Below are positions 1 through 10,431 of a DNA stretch of 64,000 bases, piece by piece. The notes under the pieces were generated by a model. It was not told the origin of the DNA, ran no database searches, and saw only the letters and a list, made by a program, of their open reading frames with translations. This DNA comes from an uncultured cyanobacterium. GTDB taxonomy: Bacteria > Cyanobacteriota > Cyanobacteriia > CAKZMO01. Positions within the stretch are counted from its first letter, which is position 1; each line of letters starts with the position of its first letter. The stretch is taken from assembly GCA_963719515.1 (NCBI GenBank), contig CAVRCJ010000006.1, positions 352,001 to 416,000 on the forward strand, given 5' to 3'. Position numbers and translations under genes: made by a program.

Positions 1-235
1 CCGAAGCAACCAGAGACGACATTCGCAGTACGGCCCGACTGCCATCGGTTACATTGACGGCGTGGACTCGGCCGCGGAGCTGCTGCGCCATAGCGAGCAT
101 GTGGGCCGGGTTCCCTCCTTTGGGCGGCATCACTTCAGCCGTAAGCAAAAATTCTCCTCCCTCTACTGCGCGGTGAAGTCGCCCCTTGTCTGGGGTGGGT
201 GCTGATAGGTGCGTCGACGGTCGTGGGTCTAGCAT
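1..235 (-). CDS. metF: Methylenetetrahydrofolate reductase, 5' part (runs off the window start)
   Basis: Manual translation of the reverse strand from ATG at 235: MLDPRPSTHLSAPTPDKGRLHRAVEGGEFLLTAEVMPPKGGNPAHMLAMAQQLRGRVHAVNVTDGSRAVLRMSSLVAS, a typical MTHFR N-terminus. Not in the ORF track. Confidence 0.85.
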   Translation of the reverse strand, partial: MLDPRPSTHLSAPTPDKGRLHRAVEGGEFLLTAEVMPPKGGNPAHMLAMAQQLRGRVHAVNVTDGSRAVLRMSSLVAS

Positions 236-341
236 GGATGATGGGGGCGCTTCAGGGGGGAGGGGAAGTGACGAGAAATTGATGGGTGCTGTCCTAGGGA
301 GTTTGCCTCGGAGTCTCACCTTGAACTCTAGCGTGGGCTCT

Positions 342-369
342 AAAAAAAGGCACGCATCGACTGCGTGCC
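342..369 (-). terminator. Intrinsic terminator downstream of sodN
   Basis: Minus strand GGCACGCA-GTCGA-TGCGTGCC followed by T7. Confidence 0.75.
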
Positions 370-432
370 CCATTGGACGAAGGTATCGTCAGCAAAGCGA
401 ATAAGCGTGGTCTGCGCCGTGTAGCGCAGTGC

Positions 433-912
433 CTAGCTAGCCTTATAGAAAGTGACGTTGCGATCCTTAGTGGCCCAAAAGATGTTGTGGATCTTCTCGA
501 GGGCGGCCATTAGCTCACTGCAGTGCTCAGGGCTGACTTCGACTTTACAGGCGGAGCAGAGCTTGGCGGCCTTCCAAAAGGTGTCGTGAAGGTCGGGGTA
601 CTTCTCCAGGTGAACGGGCTTGAAGTAGTCCGTCCAGAGGATGAGAATTTCGTCCTTAGTGATTTGAGCCTGCTCTTCTTTAATGGCGATGTAGCGAGAC
701 ATTGTATTTCCGTAAGCCGCCATTGCCTTAGCGTCACCCGAAGCGGGAGGCGCGAGGTCGAGCATCTTCTTGGTCATGTTGACCACGGCCTCAGCTGCGA
801 TGCGAGCCCCTGCTGGGTCATAGACGCCGCAGGGTCCGTCGCAGTGAGCATGGACGGCTTCTGCAGGAAACCAAGCTTTGATTTGGGATGCAATTGTTTT
901 TAGCATAGCCAT
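433..912 (-). CDS. sodN: Nickel superoxide dismutase precursor
   Basis: Nickel-hook motif HCDGPCGVYDP after a ~22 aa leader; WTDYFKP motif. Confidence 0.95.
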   Translation of the reverse strand: MAMLKTIASQIKAWFPAEAVHAHCDGPCGVYDPAGARIAAEAVVNMTKKMLDLAPPASGDAKAMAAYGNTMSRYIAIKEEQAQITKDEILILWTDYFKPVHLEKYPDLHDTFWKAAKLCSACKVEVSPEHCSELMAALEKIHNIFWATKDRNVTFYKAS

Positions 913-1071
913 AGGTGAATTGATGTTGTAACAGCGTGAAAGGATATTGCCTAGCGGGTCAGCAGCTCAAACCAGCGTAGCGCTGGTTCGATAAATTAGT
1001 CTGATGGGCTGGGCTGATGGGTGAGGCCGACAGCGCCAAAGGCTGCGCGCGGCAGCTCGCAATCATTCTAC

Positions 1072-1119
1072 CAAATCTGTAGTCAGACAAATCTGTAGTC
1101 AGGCAAATCTATCGTCAGG
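1072..1119. repeat. Three tandem 16-bp repeats between nblB and sodN
   Basis: caaatctgtagtcaga / caaatctgtagtcagg / caaatctatcgtcagg. Confidence 0.85.
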
Positions 1120-1153
1120 GGAGAATTCCTGTCAGAAGCCATAGGGCCAAGAA

Positions 1154-1810
1154 CTACAGGGCTCGCTTGGCCTCTTGCGCCACCTGTTCCATCTCATCAT
1201 TGGCCAGAGTTTGCAAGGCTTCTCGGGTGTCCTCGCCGCCAATTTGACCCAAGGCCTGCGCAACGCGGTGGCGAATTTGCCAGTCTGAGTGGTCGACGTA
1301 GCCAGTGAGATAGGGTACCGCCCTTGGGTCTTTGAGTTCCCCCAAAGAGCCGATGGCGACGGTGTGAATAAGCTCATTGCTCCCCTCAAGCGCGGCGACT
1401 AGAATCTCGTAGCCTCGCGGGTCGCCTAGCTCTCCCAGCGCGGCCACAATGCTAAATTTGACCAACCACTCGTCAGTCTGCTGATAGAGCGTGTGCATTG
1501 CCTCGAAAGCTTCAGTGAGCTTGAGCGCTCCCACCGAATCGGCAGCGGCAGCCCGCACATCCATATCGGCGTCGCGCAGCAGCGCTTCCTCTAGAATTTG
1601 AAGCGACGTCTCGCGGTTGTGCTGACCCACAGAGGACAGCTGGCTGATGGCGGCGTAGCGGACCCTGGGGTTTTGGTCGGCGATCGCCACCTGAAGCAAT
1701 TCAAACGCCTGGGACACATCCAGATAGCGGATCTGGTTGACCGCGCTGAGGCGCTCGCCATAGTCCTCCGAAGAGAGGCGCGCTTTCACCGATTCAAAGG
1801 TTACATTCAT
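1154..1810 (-). CDS. nblB: HEAT-repeat phycobilisome degradation protein NblB-like
   Basis: HEAT/PBS-lyase repeats (VRYAAISQL, VRAAAADSVGAL, VAIGSLGEL), 218 aa, next to a CBS gene. Confidence 0.75.
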   Translation of the reverse strand: MNVTFESVKARLSSEDYGERLSAVNQIRYLDVSQAFELLQVAIADQNPRVRYAAISQLSSVGQHNRETSLQILEEALLRDADMDVRAAAADSVGALKLTEAFEAMHTLYQQTDEWLVKFSIVAALGELGDPRGYEILVAALEGSNELIHTVAIGSLGELKDPRAVPYLTGYVDHSDWQIRHRVAQALGQIGGEDTREALQTLANDEMEQVAQEAKRAL

Positions 1811-1930
1811 GTCCTGTGCTCATCCCCATCCTATATCGACACCTTGTCGCGGCATGGTCCGCAGCGACAGGCTCCTTGCACGGCACAGCGTGCAGCGCAA
1901 CCAACCACCGCAAGCCTTACTACGTCCAAT

Positions 1931-2425
1931 CTAAGCCTCATCCTGCTGTGAGGCCATGTAGCGGATCACATCTCCCCGAGTGACGACGCCAACAACCTTA
2001 GACTCGTCGCCCGCGACCACATCGACCACAATCAACCGGGAAACTTCCTTACGGTGCATTAGCCGCGCAGCATCTCGTAGCGAGGTCTCGGGCGATACTG
2101 TCGTCACTTTATCGGTCATCACGTCCTTCACCCGCTGCCCTAGCGCCTTATGCAAATCGCGCTCGTAGTTCGCAGGATTTTCGAGATAGATGACGCTGTC
2201 GAGCAGCATGACGTACGGCGGCAAATCGACGCCGCTTTCCTGCCACATCAGCTCAGCTTCTGAAATAATGCCCACCAATTTGGCAGACTCATCAACGACA
2301 GGAAGGCCGCTGATGCGCCGCTTGGCGATGGTCTCAATGGCCTCACGCAGCGGGCTATCAGGCATTACCGTAACTGGATCTGAGGTCATCACCTCGCGGA
2401 CTGTCGTCTGAGTTGGAATAATCAT
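1931..2425 (-). CDS. CBS domain pair protein
   Basis: Two CBS motifs (VREVMTSDPVTV...ISGLPVVD; VKDVMTDKVTTV...VGVVTRGD). Confidence 0.9.
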   Translation of the reverse strand: MIIPTQTTVREVMTSDPVTVMPDSPLREAIETIAKRRISGLPVVDESAKLVGIISEAELMWQESGVDLPPYVMLLDSVIYLENPANYERDLHKALGQRVKDVMTDKVTTVSPETSLRDAARLMHRKEVSRLIVVDVVAGDESKVVGVVTRGDVIRYMASQQDEA

Positions 2426-2652
2426 TACGATCGGCGGTACCGATTTAGCTGTAACGTCAATTGTACGGAATATATGAGCTGAGGCTGAGTTGCTGTCACA
2501 GATTTGTTACAAAGACAACAGTTTTGCAGACAGCCCCGACAGCCTATTAGGATGCGCTAATTCCGCTAATATGAAGTGCTAAGAGCCAGACCCGCCAAGA
2601 TAATGTCCGCTTCTCGACAAGACCGTACCAGTAAGACCGTGCCAGCGAGACT

Positions 2653-3051
2653 ATGCCACTAATTGATGCCGTTGCCTGGGTATGCGTCCGCGATCGCCGC
2701 CTGCTGTGCGTGCTGTCACGGGGGAAAGGCGCCTATTTTTTGCCGGGGGGAAAGCGGGAACCCGGAGAGAACGACTGGGAAGCCCTGTCGCGAGAGGTGT
2801 GTGAGGAGGTGCAGGTGCGCCTGAAGCAGGAGAATTTCAAGTTTTTTGGCACCTACCGCGACCTCGCCCACGGCTACACGACCGGGCGGGAGGTGGAGCT
2901 GATCTGCTATACGGCCACCTACGAGGGCAACCCGGCACCCAGCCGGGAAATTGAGCTAGTGGATTGGATTATCCACCGCGATCGCCACCGCTGTGCGCTG
3001 CTGACGAAACAAATTTTAGACGAGCTTTACCTCAAGAATTTAGTTGATTGA
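2653..3051 (+). CDS. NUDIX hydrolase
   Basis: Nudix box PGGKREPGENDWEALSREVCEEV. Confidence 0.9.
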   Translation: MPLIDAVAWVCVRDRRLLCVLSRGKGAYFLPGGKREPGENDWEALSREVCEEVQVRLKQENFKFFGTYRDLAHGYTTGREVELICYTATYEGNPAPSREIELVDWIIHRDRHRCALLTKQILDELYLKNLVD

Positions 3052-3129
3052 CTATTGTCAAGCCCGATGGCGCATCGCAAAGGCCGCCTGACGTCTACTT
3101 TTCCTAGCTCCGCTCAATTTCTAACACCC

Positions 3130-3728
3130 ATGCCCATTCCCGTTCCTACCCGCCCCAGCGGCTATCGCATTGGCTCTGGCGATGCTCCAGTACAAGTCGA
3201 GGTCTTCCTGGATATAGAATGTCCGTTTTCTAAAAGGCCTGGCCGACTATGCTGGCGCTGGCTAAGCTGGCGCTGGCCAACTCGGAAAACGCCCAGCTTG
3301 CAGTCACGGCACATATCATCGTGCTGTGCGATCACCGCCAGAGCTGGGATTTGACCAAGACGCTGACCGAGATTGCGGGGACTGATGCGCCTAGAGGCTG
3401 GGCATTTATCAGCCATCTCTATCAGCACCAGCAGCGCTTTAGCAGCGAGGTCTTTCAAACCAAAACCCGGCAAGACCTGCTTCGTCTGATTGAGCGCTTG
3501 GCGGCAGAGTTCGATTCTGAACAACCTGCTCCTGATTTAGTCAATGCCGTCAGCAGCGATAGTGGCGCGATCGCCAATCGGGCCAAAGCCTCAATTCGCT
3601 ATGCCGCTAGCCGCGGGGTATGGTCAACCCCAACCTTCATCGTCAACGGTAGCGAAGTACCTCAGCTCGAATCGAGCGCTACGATTAGCGACTGGCAGAA
3701 ATTTTTGGCTTCTCTATCCTCTCCATGA
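3130..3728 (+). pseudogene. DsbA/thioredoxin-like protein split by a 1-bp frameshift (or a sequencing error)
   Basis: MPIPVPTRPSGYRIGSGDAPVQVEVFLDIECPFSK joins ...MLALAK...GVWSTPTFIVNG if one A is added to the A4 run at ~3232-3235 (restores SKKAWPTML). Confidence 0.75.
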
Positions 3729-3916
3729 CGAACACGACAAAGGCAGTGCCGCTATCAGGGCAAGTTTGGCGCGCTTGAGATTAGCGGCAACCAGCGCTGC
3801 CCACCTGGTCGCAAGCTACTTCAATGTCTGACGGATAAGCCCCGGTCGCCCGCCCGCACAACCGCGATCGCATAGCGGAGACGTAGTCTTTATCGCCAAG
3901 CCTCACTGGCAGCTGG

Positions 3917-4399
3917 CTAAAACTTCTCTACCTGGTCCATCAGGTGCTCCCCCGGAAACAGATCAATTCCGACAGCTGACTTCATCAAATAGGCCAGCAT
4001 AAAGATAAACAGGCTAATCAGCAGGTTAAGGCTTACCAACAGAAACACCGCCGCGACAAAGTTACCGACGCGCGTCAGCGAATTTGCCTGATACTGTCGC
4101 CGCCCCCGACGGCGATCCTTCCCCACAAATAGCACCACATAGAAGCGCGAGATCAGCAAATCCACCGTAAAGCGCAAGTCTACAATCTTGGGAGACGGCT
4201 TAGGGATCGCGATCGCCAGCAGCCGCTTCACCTCGCTCACCTGATGGGGATCTAAGCTACTGCGCACCTCGGAAGCCATATAGCCTAGGTAATCATCTAC
4301 CGTCGGAACCGTGCCGCGGGAGCGGGCAGGGTAGACTTTCTCAGACAGAACGCCATCGGCGCTATTCTCTGCGCCATGGCTCGTGGAAGATTGTGTCAT
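3917..4399 (-). CDS. Hypothetical membrane protein (cyanobacterial type)
   Basis: PSPKIVDLRFTVDLLISRFYVVLFVGKDRR, then a C-terminal TM helix and YLMKSAVGIDLFP. Confidence 0.65.
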   Translation of the reverse strand: MTQSSTSHGAENSADGVLSEKVYPARSRGTVPTVDDYLGYMASEVRSSLDPHQVSEVKRLLAIAIPKPSPKIVDLRFTVDLLISRFYVVLFVGKDRRRGRRQYQANSLTRVGNFVAAVFLLVSLNLLISLFIFMLAYLMKSAVGIDLFPGEHLMDQVEKF

Positions 4400-4450
4400 C
4401 TGAATGAAGATAATGGGGTTATCGCGAGCAGATGCAGAGGGCAGTTGTCT

Positions 4451-4963
4451 CTAGGGCATCAAATTTGCTGCGCCAAGCGCTATGACATTCAGGTACGGCA
4501 TAAAGCCGTGAACCAGCCAGCCCAGAACCCCAGCCGACAGCGTGAACAGCGTCACTAGCGACGGGGCATATCGCAGGGGCAGGTCTAGGTGGCGCAGAAT
4601 CTGCTGGGTCTGCGATCGCCCCAAGGACAGGAGGTAAAACCAGATCATGGCCCCAAGCCACAGGGCGATCAGCGACGCTGCCCACAGCCGCGCATTAGAC
4701 TGAGGCAATGTGCCGCCTAGGCCAGCGGGCCAAGTCTTTTGTAGCGTAATAAGAGACATCGTCACAACTAGCCCAAAGTTGGCTAGCGCTATGCCGTCTC
4801 GCTCCACCTGAACGAGATAGATAACCAAGCCACTGACCCCGAGCCAGCCATACCAGGGCAGGGCAAAAGCGGCTAGCAGCCACCCTCCCCCTAGGGCGCC
4901 GAGCCACAGAATTGTCAAACTAATTGAAGGCAGCAGCGGTTTTGAGGCCTGTTGAAGCAGCAT
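4451..4963 (-). CDS. Hypothetical integral membrane protein
   Basis: 170 aa ORF with several hydrophobic helices, co-oriented with its neighbours. Confidence 0.6.
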   Translation of the reverse strand: MLLQQASKPLLPSISLTILWLGALGGGWLLAAFALPWYGWLGVSGLVIYLVQVERDGIALANFGLVVTMSLITLQKTWPAGLGGTLPQSNARLWAASLIALWLGAMIWFYLLSLGRSQTQQILRHLDLPLRYAPSLVTLFTLSAGVLGWLVHGFMPYLNVIALGAANLMP

Positions 4964-5025
4964 ATTGGGCGGGGCGCGTCGCTTATACGGGAGACTAGGC
5001 CTATTGTTCCCGCAGCGCTGGGGTT

Positions 5026-5445
5026 TTATCGTTCGCTGTTCAATGTCCGAATGCGTCGGGACAGCAGACGAATAATGTTGATAGCGATCTCGGGGGTTTC
5101 GTCGATGGCTTCGTAGAGCTGCTGCTGGGTCAGCAAGAGGCAGTCACAGGCCTTGAGCGTTTTGATGGAGGCCGAGCGCGGCTCGGCGTCAAAGACGGCC
5201 ATTTCACCGAAGCAAGCCCCCTTTCCCAAGGTTGCCAGCACGCGATCGCGAATCTGCACGTTCACTTCGCCGGACACCACAATATAAAGCGATCGCCCCT
5301 CTTGGCCCTGGTCAAAGATGGTGTGTCCTGCCGGAAACCCGACTTCATCCATCACTGAGGCTAGCCGCACCAAAAAGTCGTCCCGCAACTCCTTAAACAG
5401 AGGCACCTCTCGGATGAACAGCAGTCGGTCAATACTGGCTAACAT
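5026..5445 (-). CDS. Stand-alone cyclic nucleotide-binding domain protein
   Basis: IFDQGQEGRSLYIVVSGEV and FGEMAVFDAEPRSASI phosphate-binding cassette; no HTH. Confidence 0.88.
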   Translation of the reverse strand: MLASIDRLLFIREVPLFKELRDDFLVRLASVMDEVGFPAGHTIFDQGQEGRSLYIVVSGEVNVQIRDRVLATLGKGACFGEMAVFDAEPRSASIKTLKACDCLLLTQQQLYEAIDETPEIAINIIRLLSRRIRTLNSER

Positions 5446-5840
5446 AGAGAACTTAGAATTAGATCGAAAACTTAGGAGCGAAAGCTTAGAGCGAAGGGCG
5501 AGAAGGGCTGGAAAGCCCTAAGGAAGGTCAATGCGGATACCACACCAGAAAAGCGCTAGGTTAGCGGATCGGAACTACACTAGCGATAAGACCGAGAAAA
5601 TTCATCTCTGACACGTGCTGACTAGGGGGAGTTGGGTCTGTAAAGGGGAGGGGGCTAACTTCGGCGCACTGTCACGATGTAGCTGGCATGATATAGCTGT
5701 CGTGGTATAAACCGATGGTGAAAACCATTGACGGTGTGGTCATGATGTATATCATTTAACCTGAGCCGATGCAAATCGGCAGACTCTCGCTCGAAGTCCC
5801 TCAAGTCCCTCCATTGCTGTTGTCGGTATTGTAGACCCGT

Positions 5841-7397
5841 ATGCTCACGTTTTTGTCTGCCGCATCACTGCTACTTTCGCAAACTATTGCAGCCCCGCCC
5901 CGTCTTCCTAATCCCGATGCCTCCCGCTCCATCTCCCGTCAACAGGTGGTACGCCCTCTACCAGAGGAGCTAGACACCGTCCCGGTGTTTAACAGCAATA
6001 GCCCTGAGGTGGTGCAGTCCGAAGGCATCTTGCTCTCGACCTTTCCCCCGGAGGGTATGGCAGTTCCCTCGGCGCACCTAGACTTTGCCTTTGAAGACCG
6101 GTTCGATATTTTCACCCACCACATCGCCCGAGGCAGAACCCCAGATGATACCCGCACCCTGTTTCTCGGCGTCATGCTGTACAACCCTGGCGATCGCCCC
6201 GTGTCGGTGGAGGTGCTGCAGGGGGTCAGCTACCTCACCAACGAGGCCCCTTACCTAGACCTACCGGCCTACGTCGCCAACCCCTACGGCACGGTTTTCG
6301 CCGGACCGGGTAGCCGCACCATGAGCGATATGCTGCGGGGCGTGCGTCAGCCTAGCTTGCCCTCTAGGGTGACCATTCCGGCGGGCTATACCCATCTGTT
6401 GGTCAATGCCCCCATTCCCGTACGACGGCTCACGGTGCCGACTGACGGCACGCTGCTGCCGGGGCGGCTGATTCCCACGCCGCGTAAGACTGCGGCCTCA
6501 GCAGGGGTGGACGGTACATTAACCGATCTGGCGGCGCTGCGGCCTCAGCCTCCCGCCAATCGCTCCCTGCCGACTAACGGACGCTCGTCCCTGATGTATC
6601 TATCGAGCGATGGCCCTGTCCATGTGGCAAGTATGGCGATGTTTGCCTCGGTGGGCCCTGACGGCAATGAGCGCGTACCAACGCTCCCGGAGTGGCAGCG
6701 GCTTTTGCTGGGCCGTGGCCTAGCCGGTCCCCGAGACTATCCCCCGACGCCCCCTGACGCTCAGCAGTTCAGCCGCTTTTTCTATGGCCGGGTGGCTGGG
6801 GTTGCTCAAGGCTCTCAGTGGTCGACGACTCTCACGGATGACCCTAATAGCAGTGCGCTGCAAATTCCTGATGCCGGCGACTATCTCTCGTTTGTGCTGA
6901 GTACGGTGGATCACAATACCTTTGGCACTGAGCAAATTCAAAGTGCGCCGATCCTAGCGCGCTACCCTGACACCGCCTACCGGGCCCACGGCAACTACGG
7001 GGTGCGCTATGACCTGTCCTTGCCGCTGGTCAACGATAGCGATCGCACTAAGACGGTGGCCCTCTCTATTGAAACCCCAGTGCAAGATGAGTCCTCGGCT
7101 GACACCCTTAGTTTTCTTAATCCCCCCAGCGATCGCATTTTCTTTAGGGGAACGGTGCGCTTTCGCTATACCGACGACTGGAACCGGCAGCAGACCCGCT
7201 ACTTCCACCTGGTTCAGCGGCAGGGACAGATGGGTGAGCCGTTGGTGACCCTGCGGCTGCCGCCCCGCCTGCGCCGCACTGTTGAGGTTGAGTTTCTCTA
7301 TCCTCCCGATGCCACTCCGCCCCAGGTGTTGACCGTCCACACCCTGCCCGACACCATCGCCGAAGGCTCTCCTGAGCCAGAAGCCGCCCAAAGATGA
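5841..7397 (+). CDS. DUF3370 family exported protein
   Basis: Signal-like N-terminus; VFNSNSPEVV-GILLSTFPP, YGRVAGVAQGS, AHGNYGV and YPPDATPPQVLTV motifs. Confidence 0.8.
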   Translation: MLTFLSAASLLLSQTIAAPPRLPNPDASRSISRQQVVRPLPEELDTVPVFNSNSPEVVQSEGILLSTFPPEGMAVPSAHLDFAFEDRFDIFTHHIARGRTPDDTRTLFLGVMLYNPGDRPVSVEVLQGVSYLTNEAPYLDLPAYVANPYGTVFAGPGSRTMSDMLRGVRQPSLPSRVTIPAGYTHLLVNAPIPVRRLTVPTDGTLLPGRLIPTPRKTAASAGVDGTLTDLAALRPQPPANRSLPTNGRSSLMYLSSDGPVHVASMAMFASVGPDGNERVPTLPEWQRLLLGRGLAGPRDYPPTPPDAQQFSRFFYGRVAGVAQGSQWSTTLTDDPNSSALQIPDAGDYLSFVLSTVDHNTFGTEQIQSAPILARYPDTAYRAHGNYGVRYDLSLPLVNDSDRTKTVALSIETPVQDESSADTLSFLNPPSDRIFFRGTVRFRYTDDWNRQQTRYFHLVQRQGQMGEPLVTLRLPPRLRRTVEVEFLYPPDATPPQVLTVHTLPDTIAEGSPEPEAAQR

Positions 7398-7422
7398 CGC
7401 ATATCCATGCTGCCGCGCGGCC

Positions 7423-8703
7423 TTAGCGTACACCTTCCATCACCTCAGAGTTTCTGAACTTCCAGGCGGCCCCTAGCAGGCGAACCCAGTTGCGCTGTAC
7501 CTGCTTGGGCGTACAGTTGAGAATCTTGGCAATCTCGCGGTCGGTGGGCAGTCCCCCATCGCGATCGCGGATTTGCTGACGCTTGAGGTGTAGAAGCTGA
7601 CGCTGCTGAGGCTTGAGCTGGTCAAAGAACTGCTCCCACTGGCCTTCTGAAAGCCCTAGGTTTTGGTCGAGGTCGGCCCCCAGCCACTGATGCACCATTT
7701 GCCAGTTCCGCGAGCAGGAGAACTTCTCCACGTGGTACTTGAACCGCTGCTGGAGATAGTCCCGCTGGCGGGGAGTGAGGCCCAGCACTTCGTCGATTTC
7801 AGGGGCCGACAGGTCCTGCAGCTTTAGGGAAAGATAATCTAGGCAGTCCTGCTGGTCCTGCTCGGCGAGGTAGGCCATCAGCTCCGTTACCACCCGGTCC
7901 CGCAGCACGGCTTCGGAGGGGTCCACCGCGTCGGCCACCATTTGCTCTTTAACCTGCTGAACGATGGGGGAGCGGCTGTACATTTCCGCCTCTTCGCCGC
8001 GCCCTGATTCGACCGCCGCCTCAAAGTCCATGGAGGTCTCGCTGGGCTGCCGCTGGCAGAAGGCCTGGGCCCGCAGGACAACCAGCTGCTGGTTGCGCCG
8101 ACCGGGCAGGGAGATGCGCCGCTTGGCGTACTGCTCGGTGAAGGCCATATATTCCGATAGCTCAATGCGGCTGCGGGGGCGATAGGTCTCGGGCATCTCG
8201 TTTTCTCGCCGGAAGCTCTTGAGCACCTCAATATAGAACCCCTGCAGGAAGTCTTCAATCATGCTGTAGCGAGCCTGGAAGCCGTAGTTCCCTCGGCTGG
8301 GGGCGATGTGGCGATAGACCATAGCGCTGAGGCTGCTGTGCAGGTCAACCCGGCCTCGCTGCGACCCGGCGCGATAGTAGCCTAGGCATTTAGTCACCCG
8401 GTGCTGAGCCAGGGTCTCTTGCCAAGAGCGGATTTCTCCAGATTGCTGAATGCGATCGCTCTTGAGGCAGATGCGCTCAACCTCACGGGTGAGGCGGCGG
8501 GCAACGGACCTAACGCTGCTTGTAATCGAAGGAACGTCTTTCTTAAAGCCATCAATAATAAACTTATATAGGTACGATGCCTCAATATTCTCAGGGGGCG
8601 CTGCATCGGTACCGGTTGTATCAGGCTTATCCTCTAGTTTCGCGCTGTCAGCATTGGAAATGTTGGCGGAAGTGCGGATGTTCTCTTTGTATTCGGTAGT
8701 CAT
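7423..8703 (-). CDS. HetZ-related protein
   Basis: YYRAGSQRGRVDLHSSLSAMVYRHI, IEDFLQGFY, YMAFTEQYAKRRI and LGLTPRQRDYLQQRFKYHVEKF motifs; C-terminal HTH-like segment. Confidence 0.75.
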   Translation of the reverse strand: MTTEYKENIRTSANISNADSAKLEDKPDTTGTDAAPPENIEASYLYKFIIDGFKKDVPSITSSVRSVARRLTREVERICLKSDRIQQSGEIRSWQETLAQHRVTKCLGYYRAGSQRGRVDLHSSLSAMVYRHIAPSRGNYGFQARYSMIEDFLQGFYIEVLKSFRRENEMPETYRPRSRIELSEYMAFTEQYAKRRISLPGRRNQQLVVLRAQAFCQRQPSETSMDFEAAVESGRGEEAEMYSRSPIVQQVKEQMVADAVDPSEAVLRDRVVTELMAYLAEQDQQDCLDYLSLKLQDLSAPEIDEVLGLTPRQRDYLQQRFKYHVEKFSCSRNWQMVHQWLGADLDQNLGLSEGQWEQFFDQLKPQQRQLLHLKRQQIRDRDGGLPTDREIAKILNCTPKQVQRNWVRLLGAAWKFRNSEVMEGVR

Positions 8704-9070
8704 GAGTTATATCCTTTGGTGATGCACGGACACTTGAGTCAGGCCTTGAAGTCAGTCCCTTTCAGGCGTCCTACACTTCAGACTGTATGAAATCGAACTG
8801 TGCCAATGTCGGTAAGCTGTGTCACTCTCTTAAGTAACTTGAACTCAGCTCATTGAGGCCTAATATTGGGGGCGGTTGGCAAACTGGCTCCAAGGCGTCA
8901 AAAGCCCGGTACCTATGCATCTCGTCGCTTTTTGTGCTCCTTGCCCCGCTGCTGAGCAGGCTCCCCCTAGCCCAAAAGTCCACTCCAATTCTCCAAGTGG
9001 TTCAGCTTGGCCAATAATTATTGTTGTGCGGACGGTGTGTCCGGTTTCCCGAATATGTAAATGAGGATCT

Positions 9071-10402
9071 ATGGCGATCGCCTATTTTGACTGTCCCACT
9101 GGAATTGCGGGAGACATGTGCCTGGGTGCCCTGCTTGATGCAGGTTTGCCCTTGTCCTACCTAGAAGAACAGCTTGCCCAGCTCGACATTCGTGGCGAGT
9201 TTAGTCTGGAGGTGGAAACCGTCCAGCGGCAGGGGCAGCAGGCGACGAAGCTGTGGGTAAGGCTCAGGGAGAACCGCCCAAAGCTTACGCATGACCATCA
9301 CCATTCAGGCCAGGTCAACGGGGATGCCCATGGGCATCCCCATACACACTCCCCAAGTCGCCATCTCCCCGAGATCCTTACCCTGATTGAGCAGAGCGAG
9401 CTGCCCCCTCGCGTCAAAGCCTGGAGCACAGAGGTTTTTCAAAAGCTCGCCCAAGCGGAGGCCCAGGTCCACGGCATTCCCGCTGAGCAGGTACACTTCC
9501 ATGAGGTGGGGGCCGTGGATGCCATCGTCGACATTGTAGGCACCTGCATCGCCCTAGACTGGTTTGATATCGAGCGGCTCTATTGCTCAGCGCTGCCCAC
9601 TGGGGGCGGCACCGTTAGCGCAGCCCACGGGCGACTGCCGGTGCCGGTGCCCGCCGTACTGCAGCTTTGGCAACAGCGTCAGGTTCCCGTCTATAGCAAC
9701 GGCATTCAGCGGGAGCTAGTGACCCCTACGGGCGCGGCGCTGATGGTGGCCTTGGCGACTGAGTTTGGCGGTCCTCCAGCGATGTCCCTGGAACGAGTAG
9801 GTTTGGGAGCCGGATCAGCGGCGCTGCCAATCCCAAACGCGCTGAGGGTGTGGATTGGCGAGGATAGCTCGGTCTCGCCGCCAGCAGCGTCTGCCCCAAC
9901 CCCGCTAGCTTTGGTAGCATCGCCAGCGCTGGGTGCCCTAGAGGCGATCGCCGTCCTTGAAACCCAGGTTGATGACCTCAGCCCGCAGGTGATTGGCTAT
10001 CTGTTTGAGCGCCTTCTGGGGGCCGGAGCCTTAGACGTGTTTACTCAAGCGATTGGCATGAAGAAGAGTCGCCCCGGCGTATTGATCAGCGTCGTCTGCC
10101 CTATAGAGCAGGTCAATATCTGCGAGCAGGTCCTCTTCCAAGAAACGTCAACTCTGGGGATACGCCGCCGAACGCAGCAGCGCACCATCCTGCAGCGAAG
10201 CAGCGACACTGTGGAAACCCCCTATGGCCCGGTAAGAATTAAAGTGGCCCGGTCTCGCGCAGACGGCCCGGTGGTCAATGTTCAGCCCGAATACGAAGAC
10301 TGCGCTCAGCTTGCCAGAGCGGCCAGCGTGCCGCTACGCAAGCTTCAGGAGCAGGCGCTGCAGTGCTGGCAGGCTAGCTACCCGGCAGACAAGCCCCAGT
10401 GA
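9071..10402 (+). CDS. larC: Nickel insertion protein LarC (TIGR00299)
   Basis: [20 protein letters not shown] start, His-rich insert, [29 protein letters not shown]. Confidence 0.92.
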   Translation: MAIAYFDCPTGIAGDMCLGALLDAGLPLSYLEEQLAQLDIRGEFSLEVETVQRQGQQATKLWVRLRENRPKLTHDHHHSGQVNGDAHGHPHTHSPSRHLPEILTLIEQSELPPRVKAWSTEVFQKLAQAEAQVHGIPAEQVHFHEVGAVDAIVDIVGTCIALDWFDIERLYCSALPTGGGTVSAAHGRLPVPVPAVLQLWQQRQVPVYSNGIQRELVTPTGAALMVALATEFGGPPAMSLERVGLGAGSAALPIPNALRVWIGEDSSVSPPAASAPTPLALVASPALGALEAIAVLETQVDDLSPQVIGYLFERLLGAGALDVFTQAIGMKKSRPGVLISVVCPIEQVNICEQVLFQETSTLGIRRRTQQRTILQRSSDTVETPYGPVRIKVARSRADGPVVNVQPEYEDCAQLARAASVPLRKLQEQALQCWQASYPADKPQ

Positions 10403-10431
10403 CTAGCGCTGCAAAGTAGGCCAGGGCGTCG

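Noticed and set aside
186..404. 72 aa plus-strand ORF and similar short overlapping ORFs in the track
   Set aside because: They overlap better-supported genes or terminators on the other strand or frame.
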